This document shows, piece by piece, positions 18,781 to 28,142 of a DNA stretch of 64,000 nt. The stretch is from Candidatus Iainarchaeum sp. GTDB taxonomy: Archaea > Iainarchaeota > Iainarchaeia > Iainarchaeales > JAAZKV01. The stretch is taken from positions 1 to 64,000 of the forward strand of contig JAPLVR010000003.1 in NCBI GenBank assembly GCA_026397015.1, read 5' to 3'. A program made the position numbers and the translations under genes. Under the pieces are notes generated by a model. That model searched no databases. It worked only from the letters and a program-made list of their open reading frames with translations, and was not told the origin of the DNA. The number at the start of each line of letters is the position of its first letter. Position 1 is the first letter of the stretch.

Positions 18781-19620
18781 TCAAATTTTTTCAAATGTTT
18801 TTTTCAGAAGCAGCGCGTCGCCCTCCAAATTCGGCGACTCGCAGATAATTATTCCCCTGCAATCAAATTCTTTCAGCGCCAAAAGGAGCGCTTTGTATTT
18901 GAAGTCGCTCTCATCCAAAAGCAGATGCCTTCGCTCCCCTTTTGCAGAATAATCTATTCCCGAAACATGACAATGAAGGTTTCCCAAAAAATTTTTTCCG
19001 AGGAATTTTTCGCTTTTCTCAAGCACCTGCCTAAACTCGCCCTCTGAATTGATTTTTCCGCCCGAACGGGCGTGGAGATGAGAAAAGTCGATGCATGGAA
19101 GCACACCTCCAATTTCTGATGAAAGAGAAAGTAATTCTTCAAGCGAGCCGAACTGGCTTGCTCTGCCGGTTGTTTCTGGCCGCAGAACAATTTTGTTCCC
19201 CGAGTTTTTCAAATCCGCCAAAATTAGGCCCAACTGTTCTTTTATGTTTGAATAAGTTTTTTCAGGCGAATCTTTCAAATAAAATCCTGCATGAAATGTA
19301 ATTGAAGAAGCGCCCGCGAAATTTGCGATTTTAGCGGCATTGGCAATTCTTTTTGCCGACGCTTCGATTTTTTCCCTTTCAACAGCATTCAAATTTATGA
19401 AATACTGCCCGTGGCATGTAAGGCGAACATTTTCCTCTTCGGAAATTCTTTTTGCATCTTTTGCCTTCGCCTCGCTTAAATTAACCGAATGCACAAACTC
19501 GAGCTCCATCGCGTCAAGGCCGAGCTCGCGCACCCTTTTAATCCCGCCTGCCGTGGAAGGTTCGCGCGCGGAAATCGGGATTCCCGCTGTGCCAAAAAGA
19601 AGCCTCTCTGCCTTCGCCAT
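18781..19620 (-). CDS. nfo: endonuclease IV (AP endonuclease 2)
   Basis: ELEFV, HGQYFINL, FHAG, PETTG, CIDFSH, HVSG and ESP motifs. Confidence 0.92.
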   Translation of the reverse strand: MAKAERLLFGTAGIPISAREPSTAGGIKRVRELGLDAMELEFVHSVNLSEAKAKDAKRISEEENVRLTCHGQYFINLNAVEREKIEASAKRIANAAKIANFAGASSITFHAGFYLKDSPEKTYSNIKEQLGLILADLKNSGNKIVLRPETTGRASQFGSLEELLSLSSEIGGVLPCIDFSHLHARSGGKINSEGEFRQVLEKSEKFLGKNFLGNLHCHVSGIDYSAKGERRHLLLDESDFKYKALLLALKEFDCRGIIICESPNLEGDALLLKKTFEKI

Positions 19621-19727
19621 GAACGAACAAAGGAAGGTTTTGTTTTAAAAGATTGCGCACCTATTCCTTCTTATATTTTTCATAGCAAAAATTTTCTAAG
19701 AAAGAAAAGGCAGAATCTGCCGTAAGT

Positions 19728-21851
19728 ATGAAAGTGATTTTTTTGACCGAACACGAACACCACGAAAAAACTGGAAAATCAAGCGATGATTTTGTCGGCA
19801 GGATCCAAAAAAAAATAATTGACAATAAGAAAATGATACTGCTTTTGCTGGTAATTTTTATTCTTGCCTTCAGCATAAGGGCGCATCTTATGCGCTACGA
19901 GTACATATTTGAATTTGATTCGTATTATCACTTAAGGCTCGTTGGAGAACTTATACAGCACGGTCAAATACCTGCGAACGACCCGCTGGCATATTATCAG
20001 TTGGGGGGAGCGAAACCGCCCGGCTTCAGCCTTCTGTGGCCCATTTCATCCGCATTTTATCTGATTATTGGGTTTGGAAAGCCGTTCAGCAAAGATCTGC
20101 TACTTCTTTGCGCAAAGATGCTTCCGGCGCTTTTCGGCGCATTAATTTCGCTTGCGATGTATTGGCTCGGAAAGGAAGTTTACAATAAAAAAGCCGGTGT
20201 TGCAATGGCATTCATTGCCGCAACTGTTCCGGCATTTGTTTACAGAACCATGGCAGGCTTCTTCGAAGAGGATTCGCTTGGATTCCTGTGGATGGTAATC
20301 GGCTTCGTTTTCATGCTGCGCGCAACAAAATCCGAAAAAATAACAAAGCAGAGCATAATCAATTCGGTGCTCGCGGGAATTTTCTTCAGCATGATGGCGC
20401 TGACATGGACCCTTTACCTGCTTGTGCCCCTGATAATAACTCCCTACTTTATTTTCTCGCTGCTTATCCTCGCGACAAGGGAGTCAAAAGAAAAACTCAC
20501 TGCATTCATAGCGAATTTTGGAATAGGATACGTAATATTCAACATAGCAATATTGTTAATCGGCGGCAACTGGATTCAGAATGGAGTGAGTTATATCGCA
20601 AGGTTCATGCCCGACTTCATAGATCCGCTAATACTTCCTGCAATAATACTGATAGTAATAGGAACGATTTTATTGGCGTACCTGATTGAAAAAATGAAGG
20701 AAGACAACAGGCAAATCATGGGAACGGTTTTCGTTGTGCTGCTCTGGATAATCCTTTTGGGAACAGCCATGATATTCATTTTTGTAGGAGACATTTTAGA
20801 CAGAACTGCAATATCAAGCATGGTCGGCGAGGAGAGCACCGGAAAACAATTCTTCGGGCAGAAATACAATTCGCTCATAATTTTTCCCGCACTCGCATTA
20901 TTGCTCATTCCTGCAGGGATAATTTTTTCACGCAACAGGGAACGCCTGGGTTACGGAACTCTGATTATTTTCTTTTGGGTGCTCATAACTCTGATAATGG
21001 CTTACTATAAATTGAAATTCACATATTCGTTCGGGCTGCCAGTTGCGGCTGCGGCCGGCTTTGTGGTTTATTTTGTGTTTGAAATTATTGAACGCGCCGG
21101 AGCAGAAAAAAAAGTTGAATCAAAAATAATTGTCGTGGCACTGCTCTTCACCCTTCTTTTGAGCGTTGGCGCGGCTGCAATATTCGTCCCCGAATACAGG
21201 CCGACTCTTGACGAAGACCCGAAATGGAAGGAAGCGATAAACTGGATATCCGGAAATACGCCGCAGGACACAAAACTGTTCAACTGGTGGAATCAGGGCC
21301 ACATAATATCTTTCATTACTGGAAGAAAGGTTTCATCAGATAACAGGAATTATTCTGAAGAGGCAAACCGCGCAATGGCAGAATTCATTGTAACAGAAGA
21401 TGTCAATGAGGCATATCAAATCGTCGCAAAGGAAATCGGCGCCGATTATGTTGTCCTTGAATCAAGCATGATGCTGCAGGAAGCACAATTCTATTTTTAC
21501 AGCATAGGAAAGGTTGACACTTCCGATCCGGCGCTACAAAAATATTCTGCCGCCCCGGCAAACACATTCTCCTGTGTGTCTTCAGGCGACAGCATAAGTT
21601 GCCAGGGAAACACATTCTCCGCCCAGGATTTCAACAAGTTCCCTGAAAAATGGAACATGGTGCCGACAACATTCTATAACGGAAAAGAACCGATTTATCT
21701 GTACAAGGAAAACTTAACCCTTATTGCGCTGAACCGCGCAGTAAACAATTCGAACATCGCAAAGGTGTGGTTTAATAGCGATGATACGCGCGACAAATAT
21801 GAAGAAGTATTTTCAAACGGCAGCATAAAAATATTTAAAATAATAAAATAG
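19728..21851 (+). CDS. aglB: oligosaccharyltransferase AglB/STT3 (WWN variant)
   Basis: EFDSYYH, RTMAGFFEED, MVGEE (TIXE-like), LKFT, NWWNQGH, GADYV; multi-TM plus soluble C-domain. Confidence 0.93.
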   Translation: MKVIFLTEHEHHEKTGKSSDDFVGRIQKKIIDNKKMILLLLVIFILAFSIRAHLMRYEYIFEFDSYYHLRLVGELIQHGQIPANDPLAYYQLGGAKPPGFSLLWPISSAFYLIIGFGKPFSKDLLLLCAKMLPALFGALISLAMYWLGKEVYNKKAGVAMAFIAATVPAFVYRTMAGFFEEDSLGFLWMVIGFVFMLRATKSEKITKQSIINSVLAGIFFSMMALTWTLYLLVPLIITPYFIFSLLILATRESKEKLTAFIANFGIGYVIFNIAILLIGGNWIQNGVSYIARFMPDFIDPLILPAIILIVIGTILLAYLIEKMKEDNRQIMGTVFVVLLWIILLGTAMIFIFVGDILDRTAISSMVGEESTGKQFFGQKYNSLIIFPALALLLIPAGIIFSRNRERLGYGTLIIFFWVLITLIMAYYKLKFTYSFGLPVAAAAGFVVYFVFEIIERAGAEKKVESKIIVVALLFTLLLSVGAAAIFVPEYRPTLDEDPKWKEAINWISGNTPQDTKLFNWWNQGHIISFITGRKVSSDNRNYSEEANRAMAEFIVTEDVNEAYQIVAKEIGADYVVLESSMMLQEAQFYFYSIGKVDTSDPALQKYSAAPANTFSCVSSGDSISCQGNTFSAQDFNKFPEKWNMVPTTFYNGKEPIYLYKENLTLIALNRAVNNSNIAKVWFNSDDTRDKYEEVFSNGSIKIFKIIK

Positions 21852-21904
21852 GCCGCCGCACCAAATATCATCAAAAATAAGACAAAAATTTCGGCGAAAA
21901 CCTC

Positions 21905-22606
21905 ATGGCAAACCTAGTAAAGCACGAACAAATTGGAATCACAGGTGCTGTAAAGTTCAAAAAAATAAGAAAGTATTTTAAGGAAAATGAATCTGCCGCA
22001 TTGACCATTCTTGATGTTGGAGGGACAACCATAAGCGCAAATGCCATAAAAGAAATATTCCCTAATGCAAAAATAACAATCGCGAACATAAACAAAAAGG
22101 ATTTGGGGCACGGAAAAGAGTTCGAAAGAACTCTTGTTGACTGTAACTCATTAGGCAAGATCAACAAAAAATTTGATATAATTTTCGCAAACGACCTAAT
22201 AGAACACCTCGAAGATCCCGACAAATTTGTTGAAGAGGCTGGCAAAGTTTGCAAAAATACACTTGTAATAACCACTCCCAATCTTGCCGCTTGGTACAAC
22301 CGCATATTCCTCCTTTTAGGTTTTGACCTTGCAAATTATAGTTCAAGCAGAGTTAGAGCTGGAAACCTGTTATTGGCAGAAATTGGCGCCCCGGGGCATA
22401 AAAGCGTTTTCACAAACAGAAGCTTAAAAAGGCTCCTTGAAAGACACGGTTTTGTTGTTAGAAAAATGGATTCATTCAGCTACCAAATGGATGGCCAGCT
22501 TGATGGAAGGGGCGGAATGCTACGAAGGACAATAAACTTTCTGCTTCCCAAAGGAATGCAGGAAGGAATAATCTGTTACGCAAAAAAAATTAAAGCTTTG
22601 AAATAA
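21905..22606 (+). CDS. class I SAM-dependent methyltransferase
   Basis: ILDVGG, DLIEHLEDP and TTPN. Confidence 0.85.
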   Translation: MANLVKHEQIGITGAVKFKKIRKYFKENESAALTILDVGGTTISANAIKEIFPNAKITIANINKKDLGHGKEFERTLVDCNSLGKINKKFDIIFANDLIEHLEDPDKFVEEAGKVCKNTLVITTPNLAAWYNRIFLLLGFDLANYSSSRVRAGNLLLAEIGAPGHKSVFTNRSLKRLLERHGFVVRKMDSFSYQMDGQLDGRGGMLRRTINFLLPKGMQEGIICYAKKIKALK

Positions 22607-22655
22607 TTAATGTTGTACCAATCCGTTTAAAACCAAAAAACCGGGAATCATCGTT

Positions 22656-23693
22656 ATGGACTCGCACATCACATATGTTTTAGTGCCGATCGTCTCGTTT
22701 CTTACAGCATACATTATAACTCCAAAAATAATTTCGATAATGAAAAAAAGAGGCATTGTTGGAAGGGATATGAATAAATTTGGCAAAGTAATGGTTGCCG
22801 AACTCGGCGGCGTCGGAATTTTCCTCGGATTCTCATTCGGCGCAATAACTGCAATATTTCTTTCAACATACCTTGAGAGCACACTCAATCTCACAGTATT
22901 CATGGCGGGAATGCTTACAATAATCCTTGTTGGTTTTATCGGAACTTTAGATGACATAATCGGATGGAAAAAGGGGATAAGGCAGTGGCAGCACGCCCTG
23001 TTTCCGATAGCTGCAGCGCTTCCACTAATGGCGGTGCAAATAAACGCAAACCCCATATCGATTCCTTTTTTAGGGCTGATGCCGCGGGAATTCCTGCTTC
23101 CGTTCGGGGCAGTAAGTTTCGGATTATTTTATTCGCTGATTCTTGTCCCAATCGGCGTTACCGGCGCCGCCAACGCCTCAAATATCCTAGCCGGATTAAA
23201 CGGGCTTGAAGCTGGCTTGGGCATTTTAATACTTGGGACGCTTGGGATTATTGCATTCCTTACGGGCAAAATTGAAGCGACAATTTTTGCGCTTTCAATG
23301 ATCGGCACATTGGCGGCATTTCTAATTTACAACTGGCATCCCGCCAAAATATTTGGGGGGGATGGCTTAACACTGACAACGGGAACGAGCATTGCGGTTG
23401 TTTCAATTCTCGGTGACATGGAAAAAATAGGCGTTGCGCTGATGGCATTGTTTTTTGTAGAACTTTATTTGAAGACCAAAACAAAATTTCAGGGAGAATC
23501 GTTTGGCGTGCCAAAAAAAAGCGGAATTCTCGAGGCACCTAAAAAAAAGCAAAGTTTGACACATTATTTCATGGCAATAAAGCCTGCAACCGAAAAACAG
23601 GTCGTCGTAAAAATGCTTCTGGCACAGGCGGCGATTTGCCTCGCAATACTTCTGCTGTTCTATTTAAATTCGATAAGAGTAATAATGATTTAA
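22656..23693 (+). CDS. aglH: UDP-GlcNAc:polyprenyl-phosphate GlcNAc-1-P transferase (AglH/Alg7)
   Basis: GRDMNK, AELGG, GTLDD, NASNILAGLNGLEAG, NWHPAKIFGGD. Confidence 0.9.
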   Translation: MDSHITYVLVPIVSFLTAYIITPKIISIMKKRGIVGRDMNKFGKVMVAELGGVGIFLGFSFGAITAIFLSTYLESTLNLTVFMAGMLTIILVGFIGTLDDIIGWKKGIRQWQHALFPIAAALPLMAVQINANPISIPFLGLMPREFLLPFGAVSFGLFYSLILVPIGVTGAANASNILAGLNGLEAGLGILILGTLGIIAFLTGKIEATIFALSMIGTLAAFLIYNWHPAKIFGGDGLTLTTGTSIAVVSILGDMEKIGVALMALFFVELYLKTKTKFQGESFGVPKKSGILEAPKKKQSLTHYFMAIKPATEKQVVVKMLLAQAAICLAILLLFYLNSIRVIMI

Positions 23694-23721
23694 CAAGTAG
23701 TTTAGCAACTGAATTAAACGG

Positions 23722-24180
23722 GTGAAGAAATTGGTCAAAATTTGTTTGGTGGCGAGCGCAGGCGGGCACCTTAAGGAAATCCTTCAGCTAAAAAAATATT
23801 ATTCGAAAAAAAAACATTATTTTGTCACATTCAAAAGGGCCGATGGTGTAAGCCTCGCGAAAAAAGAGGCGGTGCATTTTGTGGAATGCCCGTCCAGAAA
23901 ACCGGCAAAATTTTTACTAAATTTTTCCCAAAGCCTGAAAATATTTCTAAAAGAAAAACCGGACATTATTATTTCAACCGGCGCGGATGCCGCGCTGGCA
24001 ACCTGCTGGATTGCAAAAACATTTGGAAAAAAAGTAATTTATATTGAGAGTTTTTGCAGACCGACAAAGCCAAGCGTCACAGGAAAGCTTGTTTATCCCA
24101 TAGCGGACCTTTTTATTTATCAATGGAAGGAAGTCGGCAAAAATTACCCAAAAGGAAAATATGGAGGAAGCATTTTTTGA
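23722..24180 (+). CDS. Alg14/PssD/CpsF-like glycosyltransferase subunit
   Basis: ASAGGHL, PDIIISTGA, YIESF and QW. Confidence 0.9.
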   Translation: MKKLVKICLVASAGGHLKEILQLKKYYSKKKHYFVTFKRADGVSLAKKEAVHFVECPSRKPAKFLLNFSQSLKIFLKEKPDIIISTGADAALATCWIAKTFGKKVIYIESFCRPTKPSVTGKLVYPIADLFIYQWKEVGKNYPKGKYGGSIF

Positions 24181-24230
24181 AATTCTGAAAATTTGACAAA
24201 AATACGTTAAATGTGAAAAAAGGTGAAAAA

Positions 24231-24713
24231 ATGATTTTTGTAAGCGTTGGAACGCACGACCAGCAGTTCAACAGATTGCTTAAAGAAATTGACAAACTTG
24301 TTGAAAATAAAAAAATAAGCGAAAGCATTTTTGCACAAACAGGCAACTCAATTTACATTCCAAAAAAATTCAAACACAAAAAATTTCTCGGCCTCGAAGA
24401 ATTCGACAAAAACGTCAAGAAATGCGAGATATTCATAACCCATGCCGGCGAAGGCAACATAGGCACTGGGCTTCAGTATGAAAAAAGAATGATTGTTGTG
24501 CCGCGCCTTAAAAAGTTCGGGGAGCACACAAACGATCACCAGCTCGAACTCGCGGAAGCGATAGGCAAAGAAAAACAGGCGATTGTTTGCAACCCTGAAG
24601 GAATTGAAGCCGCGCTGAAAAAAATAAAAAAATTGAAGCCGAAAAAAACCGAACATGCAAAAAGAATAATCGCATTAATCGAGGAATTTGAAAAAAATAA
24701 TTTCAAAAAATAA
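24231..24713 (+). CDS. Alg13/PssE/CpsG-like glycosyltransferase subunit (GT28 C-domain)
   Basis: IFVSVGT, FNRL, ITHAGEG, VPR..GEHTNDHQ. Confidence 0.9.
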   Translation: MIFVSVGTHDQQFNRLLKEIDKLVENKKISESIFAQTGNSIYIPKKFKHKKFLGLEEFDKNVKKCEIFITHAGEGNIGTGLQYEKRMIVVPRLKKFGEHTNDHQLELAEAIGKEKQAIVCNPEGIEAALKKIKKLKPKKTEHAKRIIALIEEFEKNNFKK

Positions 24714-24738
24714 GCATAGACGGCTATCTGGTGAAAAA

Positions 24739-25632
24739 ATGGAAAAAGTTGAAAAAGGATTGACGTTCATTATTGCGACAAAAAACCAGGGCGCGAATAT
24801 TGAGGATGCTGTCGGCAGGTGTGCAAATCAAAATTATAAAGGAAAAATAGAAATAATTGTGAGCGATGACAACAGCACCGACGGCACACAAAAAATTGTG
24901 GAACGCATAGCCAAAACTAATTCACGCATCAAATATTTTAACACTAAGGGGACTGGCAGAGTGAAAGGGTTGAATTGGGCGATCAGCTCGGCGAAAACAG
25001 AATTCATCTGCCTTTCTGCAGGAGATATTTTTTATGAAAAGGATTTTGCAAAAACAATAATTTCTTATTTTAAAGACAATAAAACAGCTTTCGTCTCGCC
25101 TTTTTCCGAAACAGGAGGCAATGCGACGGTTTGGAGAAGGGAAGTGCTGGACGAATTAAAAGGGTTTGACGAGGAATTCAACGAAAAAGGAACCGGTTTC
25201 AGGGACGATACAGATTTGGCCTTCAGAGCTTTCGACAAAGGATATAACGGAATATTTACTTACAAAACCGCAAAATTCAAACATGAACACTCGCTGCAAA
25301 AAAACGATTTAATAAACAAAATAAAATACGGTTTCGCAAGGCTGAAGATACACCGATTTGATCCGCTGCTTTACAAGAAGCATCCCGAAAGGGCAAAAAA
25401 TTTTTTTGACATAAAAATAGGGTTCATAAGAAACCCATTGAAAGATTTCGAGGCGGCAACAGGACTGTGGAAAGGAAAATTCGATTTTAGTTCACCCCAG
25501 GGTGTTGTGCTGTTGAAAGGAAACTCCTTCCCGAAAAAAATTGCAATAATACCACTCGGGATTTGCTATGTTATTTGTGTAAAAGTTGTAAGGCTTTACG
25601 GCAGCATAAAATATGGAAAGCTTCTGATTTGA
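24739..25632 (+). CDS. GT2 glycosyltransferase
   Basis: DDNSTDGT, GFDEEF, RDDTDL. Confidence 0.88.
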   Translation: MEKVEKGLTFIIATKNQGANIEDAVGRCANQNYKGKIEIIVSDDNSTDGTQKIVERIAKTNSRIKYFNTKGTGRVKGLNWAISSAKTEFICLSAGDIFYEKDFAKTIISYFKDNKTAFVSPFSETGGNATVWRREVLDELKGFDEEFNEKGTGFRDDTDLAFRAFDKGYNGIFTYKTAKFKHEHSLQKNDLINKIKYGFARLKIHRFDPLLYKKHPERAKNFFDIKIGFIRNPLKDFEAATGLWKGKFDFSSPQGVVLLKGNSFPKKIAIIPLGICYVICVKVVRLYGSIKYGKLLI

Positions 25633-25708
25633 TTGCCGCTACCAATGTACCATCACTGTTTATAAATAAGCCAATTATAATTCTATTAAATTTCATTCAA
25701 GCGAAAAA

Positions 25709-27166
25709 ATGGTGAAAAAAATGCGAATTTTGCTGTTGAACCCGCCGTTCATAAAAAAATTTTCAAGAACTTCCAGAAGCCCTGGCGTTTCAAAAGGGGG
25801 TTGTGTTTATTACCCGCTCTGGTTGGCTTATGCCGCCGGTGCGCTTGAAAAAACAAACCATGAAGTGCTTCTGCTGGATGCTTCGGGCGAAAACTTGCCA
25901 TTGGAAGAAACGCTCTCAAAAATAAAAAAATTCGACCCAGAAATGATAATAGTCGACACCGTAACGCCTTCTTTTGAAAATGACTCGAAAATTGTTGCGC
26001 AAATAAAAAAGGAAATTTCAAATGCGCTTGTTGTTTTTGTGGGCGACCACGTGAGCGTGCTTCCGAAAGAAAGCCTGAAAAAAAGCAAAGCAGATGCCGT
26101 TGCAATAAGGGAATATGATTTGATTCTGCTTGAACTGGCCGATGCGCTGGAAAACAACAAATCGCTTTCAAATGTAAAGGGAATCGCCTGGCGCAAGGGA
26201 AAAAAAATTATTCTGAACAAAGAAGCGGAACCGCCCAATGAAAAGCAGCTGGATTGGCTGCCGTTCGTTTCGCAGATTTACGCAAAACACCTGAAATTGA
26301 AAAATTATTTTTATCCCTCAGTACAATACCCTCAAGTCACAATTCTAACGGGAAGAGGCTGCCCGAACAGGTGCGCATTCTGCAAATGGCCGCAAACTTT
26401 CAGCAGCCACAATTACAGGAAAAGAAGCGTAAAAAGCGTTGTTGATGAATTCGAGTGGATTCAAAAAAATCTGCCGCAGATAAAGGAAGTGATGATTGAG
26501 GACGACACGCTTACGCAGGATAAACAAAGGACAATTGAATTGTGCAAAGCGCTTATTGAGAAAAAAATAAGGCTTCCCTGGAGCTGCAACGCGCGAGCGG
26601 ATGTTCCGCTTGAAGTTTTGCAGTGGATGAAAAAGGCAAAATGCAGGCTGATGTGCGTCGGAATTGAAAGCGCTGACCAGGAAATATTGAACAACATTCA
26701 CAAAGGAACAACCCCGCAGGGAATAAGGCAGTTCATGAAGGACTCAAAGAAAGCTGACATTTTGGTTCACGGCTGCTTCATGTTCGGAAACCAGGGAGAA
26801 ACAAAGGAAACAATAAGGAAAACCGCCGCATTCGCCCGCGAGTTAAACCCGGATACCGCACAATTCTTTCCTGTGATGGTTTATCCAGGAACGGAAACCT
26901 ACAAATGGGCAAAAAAGAAGGGCTACCTGAAGGCAAAAAAATGGGGCGACTGGCTAAATGAGGATGGAACACACAGGACGCTCCTAAGCAGACCGGGCTT
27001 GAGCGCGGAAAACCTCAATGAGCTTACCGACGAGTCGAGAAGGGCATTTTATGCACGGCCGAAATATGTTGTAGCAAAAACTGTTCAGGCAATGAAAAAT
27101 CCAAAAGAAATTCCGAGGCTGGCGAAAGGAAGCATCACATTTGCAAAGTACTTGTTAAAAAAATGA
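25709..27166 (+). CDS. B12-binding radical SAM protein (HpnJ-like)
   Basis: LLNPP, YYPLWLAY, GRGCPNRCAFC and GIES. Confidence 0.92.
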   Translation: MVKKMRILLLNPPFIKKFSRTSRSPGVSKGGCVYYPLWLAYAAGALEKTNHEVLLLDASGENLPLEETLSKIKKFDPEMIIVDTVTPSFENDSKIVAQIKKEISNALVVFVGDHVSVLPKESLKKSKADAVAIREYDLILLELADALENNKSLSNVKGIAWRKGKKIILNKEAEPPNEKQLDWLPFVSQIYAKHLKLKNYFYPSVQYPQVTILTGRGCPNRCAFCKWPQTFSSHNYRKRSVKSVVDEFEWIQKNLPQIKEVMIEDDTLTQDKQRTIELCKALIEKKIRLPWSCNARADVPLEVLQWMKKAKCRLMCVGIESADQEILNNIHKGTTPQGIRQFMKDSKKADILVHGCFMFGNQGETKETIRKTAAFARELNPDTAQFFPVMVYPGTETYKWAKKKGYLKAKKWGDWLNEDGTHRTLLSRPGLSAENLNELTDESRRAFYARPKYVVAKTVQAMKNPKEIPRLAKGSITFAKYLLKK

Positions 27167-27179
27167 TTCGGGGGAAAAA

Positions 27180-28142
27180 ATGCTCGCTTCAATAATAATT
27201 CCTGCGCATAATTCTGAAAAAACAATTTCAGGTTGCCTGAATTCACTCATAAACCAGCAAACGGAAAAAAAGTTTGAGATAATAATTGTTGATGACGGCA
27301 GTATCGATAGCACAGCAAAAGAAATAAAAAAAATAAAAAACACAAAAATAAAATATCTTTGCCAAAAAAACTCTGGACCGGCGAAAGCGAGAAACCTTGG
27401 CGCGAAAAAATCAAATGGGAACATAATTTTGTTCATCGATTCCGATTGCGTTGCCGAAAAAAACTGGCTTGAAGAAATGCTCAAGCCATTCAGCGACAAA
27501 AATGTTGCCGCAGTGCAAGGTGCTTACAAAACAAAACAAAAAGAATTTGCTGCGCAATTCTCGCAAATAGAAATAGAAGAAAGGTATGAAAGGATGGAAA
27601 AAGCAAAAAAATTGGATTGGGTTGGAAGCTATAGCGCGGCGTACAGAGCGGAAGTTTTCAGAAAAATGAACGGGTTTGATGAAAGTTTTCCAATTGCATC
27701 GGGTGAGGACCCTGAACTGAGTTACAAAATCAGCGAAAAAGGATACAAAATTTCGCTCAACTCGAAGGCAATCGTTTATCATTCCCACCCAAAAACGCTT
27801 TTACAATACCTAAAAACAAAATTTTTCAGGGCATATTACAGGCCAAGAATGTACTCCAAACACAAGGCAAAAATGATTAGCGATTCGTACACGCCGCAAA
27901 CCCTGAAACTACAAATCCTCTGCTTTTACGCATTGATTTTAGGAATCGTGTTAATTCCTTTTTCAGGCATCTGGGCATACATTGTGCTCTCATCAATCCT
28001 CGCGCACCTTTTGCTCGGAACAAATTTTTTTATTTTTGCGCTTAAAAAAAACTTTTTGGTCGCGGCTGCGAGCCCGACAGTTTTATTTCTGCGAAGTGTG
28101 GTCTTCGGAATTGGGCTTGTCTGGGGGAAATTGAATGGTTGA
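27180..28142 (+). CDS. GT2 glycosyltransferase
   Basis: IIPAHN, DDGS, NSGPAKARN, FIDSD, GEDPEL. Confidence 0.92.
   Translation: MLASIIIPAHNSEKTISGCLNSLINQQTEKKFEIIIVDDGSIDSTAKEIKKIKNTKIKYLCQKNSGPAKARNLGAKKSNGNIILFIDSDCVAEKNWLEEMLKPFSDKNVAAVQGAYKTKQKEFAAQFSQIEIEERYERMEKAKKLDWVGSYSAAYRAEVFRKMNGFDESFPIASGEDPELSYKISEKGYKISLNSKAIVYHSHPKTLLQYLKTKFFRAYYRPRMYSKHKAKMISDSYTPQTLKLQILCFYALILGIVLIPFSGIWAYIVLSSILAHLLLGTNFFIFALKKNFLVAAASPTVLFLRSVVFGIGLVWGKLNG

Noticed and set aside
25709-27166. Hopanoid biosynthesis (HpnJ similarity)
   Set aside because: No squalene-hopene cyclase or other hpn genes; the context is protein glycosylation.
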